64,000 bases of DNA from the human T2T-CHM13v2.0 reference genome, Homo sapiens: the NCBI RefSeq assembly GCF_009914755.1, contig NC_060927.1. The stretch is one strand, 5' to 3'. Of this stretch, positions 1 to 12,129 are shown piece after piece. Every line of letters begins with the position of its first letter. Position 1 is the first letter of the stretch. Under the pieces are notes generated by a model, which made no database searches, was not told the origin of the DNA, and saw nothing but the letters and a program-made list of their open reading frames with translations. The position numbers were made by a program, and so were the translations under genes.

Positions 1-214
1 AAAACAAAACAAAAGTCCTCCCACCTGGAGGGCCCTGGCTTCCCACAGGAGAACCGATACTGCACATTTAAAACAACTCCTTGGTTTTCATTCTTTTCTT
101 TTTAGCTGCACACCTAAGAGCTTGCATGGCTTACATGAAATGCTTTGGAAAAATTGTAACAATGTGCTTGAGCTTTTCCTGCAGCCTCCATTCCTTTCAC
201 CTCTCAGTCTTTCA

Positions 215-257
215 GAATATTCTGAAGCAATTCTGTTTTAGGGTGGTGGCATGGAAT
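215..257 (+). promoter_or_regulatory. CACNA1D: Editing-site complementary sequence (ECS) for CACNA1D exon 41 (IQ-domain A-to-I editing)
   Basis: GAATATTCTGAAGCAATTCTGTTTTAGGGTGGTGGCATGGAAT pairs antiparallel and without gaps with 4063-4105: 30 Watson-Crick pairs, 8 G:U, 5 mismatches. An ECS in the intron preceding exon 41 is known for Cav1.3. Confidence 0.88.
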
Positions 258-2899
258 CAGAGTTATCTCTTGCCAACTGTATTCCCCTACGTTGTTTCTT
301 TAAATACAGATGCATGCTTCAGAATAGTGGGCTATGTCTGTCTATGTAAACCTTCCCCCTGCGAGCTGAGGACCCCGCTCCTCCCTCGCTCCACCTCACA
401 TCTCTCTTGGAACGCCACCTTCATCACAACCAGCCAGACTCCCACATTGATGCCCATCCTCGTGAAATGCCCTCGGAGGGTGTCATTTGCATTAGTGTGA
501 AACTTCATTTCTTTTCATTTTACCAAAAGAAAAGTCCAGAATTTAGCTCTCCATCGAAGCTCCCTTCCTTTGAAAAGCTGATCAACTTTTAGCTTTATCA
601 GACTTCTAGTAGAGTAGAAATCTTCTTCTTTCTTGGTCCAATAACTGGACCTCGCCTTTTCTCTCTATTTCTTAAAATGGATTGGAGTTTAGGATGACAG
701 GTTTTAATCTATTCCACAACGGCAGCGAGAGGCAGTGTGAGGCACAAGAAGAGAGAAGTGGGGCCTTAGGAGGGATGCAAGGCTTTGCAAGCTCCCTGCC
801 TGTGTTGAGTGATGTGCCCAGTGCAGGGCTTATCCGGGCTGAATCTCATGTGAGTGCTGTGGCCACGAAGGAAGTTCCGAAGGCAGTGGCCATCAGGCTT
901 TGGTGCATAGACTCTGGAAGAGTTGCCGGACAGGGCTTGGTTCTCCACATTCATCATTTGTCTGTCTTTCCTCTTTTATCCTTCAGTAGGCCCATGTCCC
1001 CAACCTTTCCTGCATCACAGCATACTTAGAAAAGGATATTTGCATACCCCTCTGGGAACAGATGTGGAGTTCTTGAGGCTGAGGGCCTCAGCATCCCCTA
1101 CACCATCACCTGGTCAAGAAGCAGGAGACTGAGTAAGGCCAGCCTCCACTCCAAGTGGCTGGGACTGGCAGATGTGGGGTGCTCAGGAAGCCCCTTTTAG
1201 CCCTGGTGATAGAACTGAGTCAGATGCTTGTCTTGGGTGGCTTTGCTAGTGTGCTGTGAGGTGTGGCCTGGCTCCTCATGAGCCTGATGATGAGATCAGG
1301 AATGAGCTGTGGATCTGTGGATACATGTCAGGCTTGCTTCACTCCCAGTGGCCCGGGGGTCTCCGCTGCCCCCTCACCATCAGTGCTGAGCCGCCTCATC
1401 TCTGCCTCTCAGCTCAGGTTCTCACCTCTGCTCTTCAGCCTTCCCGTGCCATCTTGTGGGTCCTTTCCCTTCATTTCAGAAGCTCTCTCTCCTCCCCAGG
1501 ACTCTCCTCCATCCATGACCTGGATCCTTTGCTCCTTTGCCCTGAAGAGCACACTGAGCTGCCTCCATTGCCTTCTTTTCAGTCCGGAGCCCAGATGGCC
1601 TCCTTGTATTCATTCCTTCTCTTCCTTCCTGTTCTGTCCTGCTGTAGCTTTGACTTTTCTTGTTCTTAGGAACTCTTCCTTGGGCCCAGTCTCCTAATTA
1701 GCACAGTGTCTCAATGGAGAAGACGAAGTGACCCTTGAGTTCTCTCCTGCAGAGCTCTGGGTGGGTCTGCCTCTACTCTGGAGGCTGAAGGGAGATCAGA
1801 GTTAGGCCTGTATTTGCTAGAAGCATCAGGGTGGAATGGGGTGTGGGTCTTCTTCAGGTAGAGCCAGGGCGTTTTCTGGGCCCCACAGAGAAGACACAGA
1901 GCCCTGGAATATAGAGGAAGGCTGTGGCATGGCAGGCCACCAGAGACTCTCCCTGGGGTCCCTGGAGTCATTAGCCAGACAACAGCGTGTCCACTTTTTG
2001 TGTGCAGCCTGGGAAAGGGATACACTTGCATGGTGTGAGAGGCAGCTCTGAAGAAGCCCAGCAGCCAGTGTGGCTGGAGACGGCCATCTCTGGAGAGGTG
2101 GTATGAAGGATAGGATCCCAGACTCAAGGAGCACACTGTCCTGTGGTAAGGTCCCGGCTTGACTGAGCTGGGCAAGTCATTTAGCCCTCTCCATCTGTTG
2201 GAGGGGGTGGTGGTGAGCAGATCCACCATGTCAGAGTTGTGAAGAGGCCATGAGACCCACATGGAATTCTTCTGACACAGGGCTTGGCATCTATAGATGT
2301 CCAACAGTAGGGGCTGGCTAGAGCCAGAGCTGATATTCCAAACATACCCTGAGCAAATGGGGAGGCTGGAGAGTACAGCGAGGGGTGAAATACCAGGACC
2401 TGAGTGGTCTCTGCTCACCTCCTGCCTTCTTGCCTATGGACCTTGCATCATTAGACAAGCCGAGACAGATTAGGAACCATGTTTTACATGCTACTCAGAG
2501 TCTTTGGCTTATACCTGGGTGGCCCCTACACCACTCCAGGACTATCTTAGCTTAGGTTTAGAAGGAACAGAACACTTCTCCAGGCCAGACCACCTGAGAC
2601 AGCCTTCTCACACAGTAACACTGAGTGGCTTCTGACAGGGAGGCCTGGAGAGGCAGCCCAAGGAGGCCCGGGCATCTCCAGTGGGGACCACAAGATGTTG
2701 GCAGCACCTCCTGGATGGGCACTAAGTGAAGCCCACCCCGGGTACATTAGTGAAGGATGATGGTTCTCCATGTCCCCCAGCCCATCAAGCTTCAGGATCC
2801 ATGTCAATGGATGCCACCGTCAGCACATTTTAAAATAAGGGTGACTCTGAGGGCTCATGATCAACATCAAGTGCCCAGCACTTAAGACAGCCTGAGCCA

Positions 2900-3060
2900 G
2901 GTGGCTGAGTGCTTTACCTGCTTCCTCCCACATCATCCTCACGGCTCCTCTGAGAGGCTTATCCCCACTTTACAGATGAGAATACAAGCTCAGAGAGGTT
3001 GAGCCCCTTGCCCCCACATCAGCATGTAGATCTTGCAAGGGTGGCCTGGCCTAAAAGCCA
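2900..3060 (-). mobile_element. MIR SINE fragment
   Basis: cccactttacagatgagaatacaagctcagagaggtt matches the MIR core in reverse. Confidence 0.6.
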
Positions 3061-3850
3061 GCTGCTCTGTAGCCTTTGGACCAGCAACCATTCCTCCTTC
3101 CAGCCTCTGCAAGTTGTGGTCAGTGGCCCCCAGGGCCCCACATGGCCCCACACACATGGGACGGAGTACTAAAGTGGTCACAAGCTTTACCCCCAAGAGA
3201 CACAGCACACTGAAGATTTGGTAGCAAGCAGCCGTGGGAGAGCCATGGGGCACATTTACACGTCCAAAGTGGTTTACCATGAGACAGCCAGAGCCTCTAT
3301 TCTGCCTCATGCATCACCTTTAAAGTCATCAGCAGAGTTCTGATTCCCCAACCATACACGTTGGAGGTTGTTTCTGAACAAAGCAAAAATAAGCCCAGCT
3401 CAACTATGAGGTTGGTTGGAGCTGTCACTACAGTGCAGAAAATGAGCTGTTCAGAATTACAAACCAAGAAATGGTATATGGAGCTTATTGGTGGAGAATA
3501 GGGGGCGGGGAGCTCATGAAAATCTGAATTTGCAGTCACTTTTCTAAACCTTCCTCTCCTTCTGAGCATGTATGTCACCTTTCTAGGTCTCTATCTTGAG
3601 ACATCGGGATTTGGACGGTTAATTGCCCTTGATAAGTTTATGGTAGTTATACATGCAAATCCCTATGCACAGGGGTGAAATGTGGCCCGTGAAGCCTCTT
3701 TTTGTTTTGTAATTTTTATTTTAAGTAAATAACCAAGACAGCATTTCATAGTGTTACTAATATGCTGCTCTATTAAACTCATAACAAATATATTATTTTC
3801 TGCAACCTAGAGTATCAGTTCATTTAACTGACACTAATTTTGAGCCTTAG

Positions 3851-4282
<432 letters not shown>

Positions 4283-4641
4283 TAAACTGAGATACTACAC
4301 ACTCCCCCAAATGTGGACTAGCCATTTCTGGGCCACAAGGTAAGTGCTTCCCTCCCCGATGCCTACCCCATAGAGCCCTGCACCTGCCACTACCCACGCG
4401 GCAGGGCTGCCAGGACGGAGAGGAGCGAGCGCTACCCTCGCACCCCAGCCCCTCCAGGCAGCATCCTCCAAGCAGGCACCCACCTTCCCCACAGCCCTGG
4501 GCTCCAGGGTTCTGGCTGCCCAGTGAATGAACAGCTTTCCATCTGAACGCAAGTGCTTTGTTTTGTTTCCGTTTGTTTCTTACCCCACTGCTTGTTGGTT
4601 TTTGGTCCATTTCAGTAACATCCATCACCTCCTAGTATGTA

Positions 4642-4644
<3 letters not shown>

Positions 4645-4695
<51 letters not shown>

Positions 4696-4700
4696 GTGGT
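4645..4700. repeat. (TG)19 microsatellite followed by (TATG)n
   Basis: Read directly. Confidence 0.95.
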
Positions 4701-5335
4701 GTGTCTGTCTCTGTATGTTGTCTCCTGATGGCCAGGAGGCCAGCTGTGCACATGCTATGCTCTCATGCCCCAGCCAGCCTCTGGTCCCTCTCCCTCCTCC
4801 ACCTGGGCCCTGCTGCAGGCTCCTAGAGTGTGGATGTGGCTTTCAGGAACCTCTGGTACCAGCCAGGGTCCTTGCATGCGAGGAATGTAGAAACCTAGGA
4901 AAGCCCAAAGCTCTGGGATGGGAAGCAGGTATGTGGAGGGGCAAGGAAGGCACCATGAGGACCAGCAGGAAGAGGGGCTAGGAAGGTGGTCTGTGAGTGC
5001 CGTGGATGAAGGAGGCAGGGCAAAGAGGGAGAAGATGCTAAGGACAGGGAAGAGGGAACCACAGAGGCTGGCAAATCATCTGAAACAACTGACCTCTGCT
5101 GCCCAGAGTGCTCATAATCCATCATGGATAGGATAAAGAATTTTTTAAAATCTATTTACGCCACAATTTTATGCCCCTGTTCTCAGTACATGTTAAATTT
5201 GGCCTTGTAGATATTGATAAGGTTCAACATGGAAGAGTCCTTCACTCTTATCCAGGGAAAAATGCGCAGCGTTGTGTGTTCAAAGTGATGGTAACAGCCC
5301 AAATGAGGGCTTATCTTTGATCTTGCTGAGAGAGA

Positions 5336-5385
5336 GAATATGAATATGAATATGAATATGAATGACAGTGAATGAGTGAATGACA
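5336..5385. repeat. (GAATAT)4 followed by GTGAATGA repeats
   Basis: Read directly. Confidence 0.85.
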
Positions 5386-8209
5386 AACATGAGCTGTGTG
5401 TGTGTATCTCGTGGGTTAGTAGATGGCCTTGTGTAACAGTGACCTGCTGATTCATGGTGCAACCTCTGCTCTACCCAGACAGCTACAGGGGCTGGGGAAA
5501 GAGGCATATGCGGGTTGGCAGGTGGACCATGAATCCGACTGAAGACAGTGATCTTCCTGCCTCTCATCACGTATCCTAAAGGTAGCTGAGGGAATCACAG
5601 GCTCAGTCACACAGCCCATTGGCATCTCAGGTGGTAGGATTTGCAAATGAAGCTTTCTCACTTCCAACCAATCCAGTTTGTAAAAGTGACAGCCCCCCTC
5701 CTGGATTGCAGTTCACAGCTAGCCTCCGAAAGACAAAGCAAACTGCAGAGATATGTTTGCAGATTAGAAGAAGTCTCTGGTCCATCCATCCTTGAGGGCA
5801 GCGTGGCCAGGTTGGGTGCCAGGAGAGGGAGTGATGAACATGCTTCTGCAGGCTTGTCCTTAAAGGAGTCCCCTGCCCAGAAGATGAGGCTGGTTAGATG
5901 GTTTAGTTCCATTTCCCAGTGCCCTCTGCTTGTAGGGAACTGCTTATTGTTCTGGGAGCCTAATTGGGACCAGAACTTGATAACTTTTCTGGAGGGAGGA
6001 ACATAGTCTGTCATCGATGGTTGATGTCCTAATTTACAGCCAGCAGGTTAGCTAGGTACCATGAGAATCTTGCATTTTCTGTGAGAGGCATGGCGGCCAC
6101 TTGGATGCAGGGTCATTTATACTTTTTCTGAACCCCCAAGACTTCCCAATTAGACAATTTCAGCACTTTCTCTAGTGGCTGGAAATAGTGTTTTGATGTT
6201 TTAAGATATGCACAAACAACACACAGCTAAGTCATTACCAGGTTTCACGTATGGGGTTTACTGAGTCTTAAGTTGAAGGGTCAAATGGCATGAATGATAC
6301 AGCGGCAGGTTGTGGGTTAAAAGACTCTTTTTGTGTTGCAATAATGTTGAGGGTTTCTCCTAAACGTTTTTCATTTTATTGTTTATAGAGTTTCATTTTA
6401 TTGATGAAATGCAAACATTTCCAGTTAGATGATACCAACATATTTTCGCATGGCTCCATTGGGAGCTGAAGCATCGTCTGTAATTTATGTTGAGAATGCA
6501 GCCTGGAAAATTAAGTTGTGTTCATAATCTTAATAGAGAAACTGAAAATGTACTTGATTCTGAAACATTAAACATAGACATTTTTTTTGTCTCCTTGAAG
6601 GATAATTCTAATTGCATTTTGGCTTCCTGTGCTGTAGAAATGGCTGTGAGTGTGATTTGTTACTCCATGTTTAATTAGCATGAGTAGGCTTTCGTTTCTG
6701 CGTGATGAAATACCGGGTGACGATGTAGCAGTTAGGAAAATTTGGTGGGACGGCAGTGGGAGAGATATACCACCAGTGTAACTAGGACAAGGACACAGCC
6801 TCGGGAAGCCCCTGAGAGTGGGCGTGGCCTGTTGAGATGGAGGATGGCTTGCCTCCTCCCACAGCAGGGTGCCCCATGGCTGGCAGACTGCGTGCTAATG
6901 GAAAGTGGAGCATGGCCGTCGCAGTGTGAGCGCAGAAGTGCGGACCTAGGCATGTGCGTGCTTGTGCTGCGTAGGGTGCAGTCTGTCTGAACAGCTTCCA
7001 GGATGGGCCCAAGACCTCTGCGCCCCCACCCCCAGGGAATGTTTTTTCAAGGACACATATACGCACTGTGGTTTTGAACCCTGTGGGCTCCATCTGATCT
7101 CCCTGTGTTCAGACCAACTGCAATGCTGCCTCCCACATGAAGGGGAATGGCTTGAGCTCCTGGATCCATGTGTGGGAAGGAGCTCGGCATCCGGTGTCTT
7201 CTGGCCTCTGTGGTCTGAATGAGTGTGCAGTTTCCATCCTTCCATCCATCTTCATCATTAAAACCAACCTTCTCTCCAGCCCCTCTACAGAGGGAACCAG
7301 AGAGAAGCTGCATCAGGCCTTTTTTAATTTCCTCTTGCGCATCTCCTACATGCCATGTTCACTTTGGGTTGACTCAGCATTTGCTCGTCATCCATTGTTG
7401 CTACATCCGAGTGACCCACGAGTTTCCACGAGGGGCAAATAAATAAAGGAACACAGCCATGCAGCCATGAAAATTCTCAGTCCTCCTCCCAGCAGACAGC
7501 AATGCATGCTGAATGTCCCATCAGACCTTCTAGATGAGGACATCTGTGCAAGTTACAGACACTCATTAGTCCAGTGTCTTGTGGATAAGAAAAAGACCCC
7601 AAAGTGGGAAAAGTTTTGTTCATTTCTCTTTCTTTTAACATTCAAGAATTTCCTTTCTGCAAAAGACATGCACTCCGGTGGAATCCGAGGACACTATGTC
7701 CCCCACTCATCCCAGATGGGAGCCTTTCCATCTCCATTGTAGGAAAGCTTTGGAGGGATAGTCCTTTTGCCTGTTTGGAAGTTTGGTTTAAGGAGGAGAC
7801 CATTATTTCTAGCTATAAAGAATTAGGTTGTTAGGTTGAATAATTGTAAAGCCTGTGCCCGAGCCGCCAGTTGGCGATGCAGGTGGTTGAGGGGAGATGT
7901 GGGTGGTATATAAGAAGCAAAGGACTCTCAGCCCCTGATGTGCCCCGCGTGGTCTTCTTAGGGAGGCTCAATGCATAAAGACAGAAGAAAATGGGATCCT
8001 CCACAGAGATTTAATCTGTAGAAGATCAAACACCTGTTGCCTGGTCACCTTAGTCTAAAAAGTAGTGGAGTTTTGTTTTGTTATTTTTTTAAAGCATGAT
8101 TCTACCTGAAGCCATCAAAAGCCTCTTTTTAAATTTTTTTCTTTTTTTAATCTAAGAGGAGAACAGATGCTAACAGATGAGATTTCACTGGCTGATTCGT
8201 TTGTTTCAG

Positions 8210-8230
8210 ATGCTTGAACGGATGCTTTAG
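8210..8230 (+). CDS. CACNA1D: Alternative exon 42A, coding part (MLERML-stop; short Cav1.3-42A isoform)
   Basis: ttgtttcag|ATG CTT GAA CGG ATG CTT TAG, phase 0 matching the end of exon 41. MLERML is the known 42A C-terminus. Too short for the ORF track. Confidence 0.93.
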   Translation: MLERML

Positions 8231-9049
8231 AATTTTCTGCCTGAGCTACGGCACCAAGCTGGTTAGTCGGAAGGCGTTTGTGGCTAAGGCCTTGAAAGGG
8301 AAAAGTCTCAAGTGGGCTTATTTCTACTGAAACAGCATTTCAGAAGAAATGCAGGAAAAAGCAGACCCAAGGCCCCAGGGAGACCCCTTCCAAGCAAAGC
8401 ACTCCTCCGGAAGGTGGAAGCGGGGCCGTGGCTCATCTGCGGAGCCAGGGCTGCCTGTCGCGGACGTTGCTCACGGTGGTTCTTTTTCGTGAAAGGGAAC
8501 GTACAAAGCTTAACAGTTTTCCCTTCCAAGCAGAGACTCAGAGAAAGGGAAAGAGTGAGAGAGAGCAAAGGAGGGGGGCAGCTGCCCCACAGAGAAATGA
8601 AATGAACACAACTTCCTGATGCTGGCCAGTAAAACAAAAAATTAAAAATAAAAATAAAAAGATTAAGCAGACCTGCCTAAGGTGGGTATCTGACTCCATT
8701 CCAAAGTCCTGCATCCCTAGTTTGCCCGAACTCCCAAAGACTGACAGGCCCCTCGGCGCTGAGCTGACAGAGTTCCTTTTGTATGCCAGTCCGCCATGAC
8801 CTCCTGAGCGTCCGGCCCTGCTCTCTGCAGAGACCCAGTCCAGAATACAGTGAGAAGTGGACAGGCCAGGAAGCTCAGATACACCCATTGAAACTAACAC
8901 ATACACCCGCATGCCAAAACCAATCCAGGCAACACCTCAGGTTCCATCTTAACGTGTCCACAGGAAACACCACCACACCCAAACCTCATCTAACATTGTC
9001 CGTCTTTAATTCGTGCTCAGAGCCAGTCTGGGGATGCCTCTTTGGAAGC

Positions 9050-9255
9050 AGTGTGGTCTAGTTTCAAGGACACTGGGAGTCAGGGAACCTGGGTTCTAGT
9101 CCCAGTTTCAGCATTCACTTGCTGCGTGACCTTGGGCAAGACACTTAACCTCTCTGTGCCTCAGTTTCCCCCATCTGTAAAATGGGGTTAATAATGTCGA
9201 CCTACCTCACAGGGCTGTTGTGAGGAATAGCTAAGTGATTGTAAAGCACTTTGAA
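9050..9255 (+). mobile_element. MIR SINE, well preserved
   Basis: gtgaccttgggcaag...aacctctctgtgcctcagtttccccatctgtaaaatgggg...acctacctcacagggctgttgtgagg. Confidence 0.9.
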
Positions 9256-11816
9256 CGTATAATTGCTTATTAAGACTACAACAATAATAATATCATATGC
9301 CTGTTTACTACCAGAACTTTAAGAAATTCTTGTTTTCCTTTGATCTCTTTTCTGTTCTGTACCATACTTACCCATTGAGAAGGAAAATTCCCCCCTTTTA
9401 AAGAAATCTAGGCAATGCACAAAGATGTCAACAGAGGTAACCCTGCAGGTTGCATTTTCACATCTTAAGAATAGCAGATTTTTGCCCAAGATGTTGGTCG
9501 ATAAGGGTGTCTGATCTTGAATTCTCAGCTGATTCCAAGTGGTGGTTGGAGTCTGTACATCTGATGCTGAGCCCAAGACACCCAAAGTGGCCAGTTTGGG
9601 TTTTAAGATCAACATTCAAAGTAGCCATAGTGCAGAGGTAATGCAGAAGAATCTAAAAAAATTGAAGTATCTGAAGTGTATAGAGAAAAGAAGGGCTTAT
9701 GAGCCCCTTTCACCTGCCCTGATGTGTACAGGCTGGAAGCTGTGTGTGTGTGCGAGTGCGTGTGTATGTATGTGGGGTGTGCGGAGACAGGGGAAGAGAG
9801 AGCCAGCAAACTCTGGGGGGCCCTATTCCTGTAGAAGTGGACACCCTTCCAAGCATCCTGGGAGGGCAGGAGTCCCAAAGGCTAGGCAGAGGGTGGGAGC
9901 AATGTCACCAGTGGGAAGTATGCTTTCTGCAGGCTTGTCCTAGGTGTGACTGACAGGGTCAGTCCCAGCCTCAGGGTCTTTTCCAGTGGTGTCTTTTGTG
10001 CCTATGACATTTGCCCTTGGCTGCAGTCCTCACTGTACCGAGAGGTCTAACCTACCTGGACTTCAGTGGACCTGCTGTCCTCATTATGGAAATGGGCCTA
10101 GCTCCCGACTCTGCCCCCATGTGTATAAGTGTGCAGACTAGTTAACATCCAGGAGCTCACAGTAGGTGTTGTGGGTTCTCACAGCACAGTCCACAGGGCC
10201 CAAGGGCAGGTTTGACTGCTTCGTGCTGCACCACATGGTGATGTGGGGGATGGGGTAGAAAGCCAGGAACACTCCAGTGTGGCCAGGCCACTTGTCAAGA
10301 TGTTGAAGCACAGCTGCACCTGGTATCAACCGCTGTTACCCTAGCACCTGAGTCTCCTTCCCCACTGCCAGCAGCCCAGCCCCTCCTGAGACTGCTCTGT
10401 GACCCAGCAGCTACAGGTCTAGTGCCTGGCATTGCAGGGAGCCTCCAGGACCCTGCTGTGATCCAAAGGCCCACTTCTGCTCTGATTGGGCAGCACCTGG
10501 GTATATTAAGTTATAAGAATTTATGAAGAATGTGATGTATCGTCCCTGAAAGGGAAGCCCGTCAGTCCTGTGGGGGTCCGTCAGTCCCTCTGTCTGTCTT
10601 TGACCCACCCGACGTTGAGTTGATTCAGTGCTGAAGGATGGCACGTGCCTACCCCCTGTATGTGTCACTCTGTCTCAGAGGGCCGGTGTGACCGACCTTC
10701 TAGATCCAAGATTCCATACACTCAGGCCTCGGCAGAAAGGCCCCAAGCGATTCAAGTGGGCGGCGTTTCCATGTGCCTTCTCCACGCTCCTCAAATAAGT
10801 AAAAACTGACAAGTGACCACTTTCTAGATGGGACTTAGGGAGTGATTTAAATGGAACAAGAGAGTCTTCTCCACTTGGGCCTGGCTGTGTTGCTGGGGAA
10901 TGGCATTGGCTAAGGTTGGTAGCCAAGGCCAGCTTAGGAAAGACAGCCAGGAATCAGGAAAGCTGCTTCCAGCTTCAACTCAAAAGGGAAAGAAGGCTTC
11001 CTGAAACTTGATTTGCAGTCAAACTGCAGAGACACCGCTGTCGTTTCTCTTAAAGCCTTGGCAGAGAAGTGTAGCTTCTAGTGTAGTCAAAGTTGTGAGA
11101 GACGACTCAAGTTCATTATTTAGAATCTTCACAGACACACACAGCAAACTTGGCACCCCCAACACCAGCATCCATAGGCTAAACTCTTCAGCTCCTGGAT
11201 AGAAGATGAGAGGCAGGCCAGTATACATTGTAGGGAGGCTCTTCTCAAATAGCTTATACTGTTTAACAACCCAATTAAAAATTAATCCACAGGACTATTG
11301 GGTACTACATTCTATACTCTTTCTGAAAGTGGGGAGATCTCATTCCTTTGAGAATAATAATTATGTTCAGGAGTCTTTGAGAAGAAAGACTGCAAAGAAG
11401 TTAAGTGATGTGACGTAGTAGTAAAAGGTGGTAATTATCGTGGCTTGTTATTTAGTACCATTCACCTAGTGTCCTTTGGCAGCCCAATTGTGTCATGATT
11501 AGATGATCTGTGCGAAGGAGCTGGCTAAGACTTACTAACAGTTCTAGGGTGGGTAGAAACCCAGGTGAGTTCATTCTCCTTGGCACCTCTTAGACCTAAG
11601 GGACACAGCTGTTTGAGATCTTGGAAGGGCACATAATTCTAAGGCATGGTGAAGGCAACCCATTCAGACGTCCCAAAGGCTGGCTCAGGGAAGCCATAGG
11701 AAGGCCATTTCTTCCAAGAGTGGAGAAAGGTCCACAGAAGAGTGGGAATCCTAGATGGGGTAAAAAAGTCTACACCTGAGGAAAAAGTAGTAGTGCCTGT
11801 TGGAGGATAGATTGAT

Positions 11817-12129
11817 CAGCAGTTATCAAACTTTTTGGTCTTCGGACCCTTTTATACTCTACATTATTGAAGACCCTTGTGTGTCAATATTTACTGTCTT
11901 AGAAATTAAAACGGAGCAGTTTTTAAAACAAGAACATGCAAGCACAAAGACGCCAGGGTGATGACATCATGCATCAGGCAGCCTTTGAAAACCTCACTGT
12001 GCTCTCATGAGAGGATGAGAGTGTTGAAGGCAAAGAACATCCTTATGTTATGCAAATCACAGTGACCTCATGGACCCCTGACAGTGTCTTGGGATGCCCC
12101 AAGGTCCCCAGAACACACCTGAGAACTGC
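11817..12129. mobile_element. hAT-Charlie-type non-autonomous DNA transposon relic
   Basis: Ends CAGCAGTTATCAAA / TGAGAACTGCT resemble Charlie-family TIRs; subfamily not determined. Confidence 0.55.
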
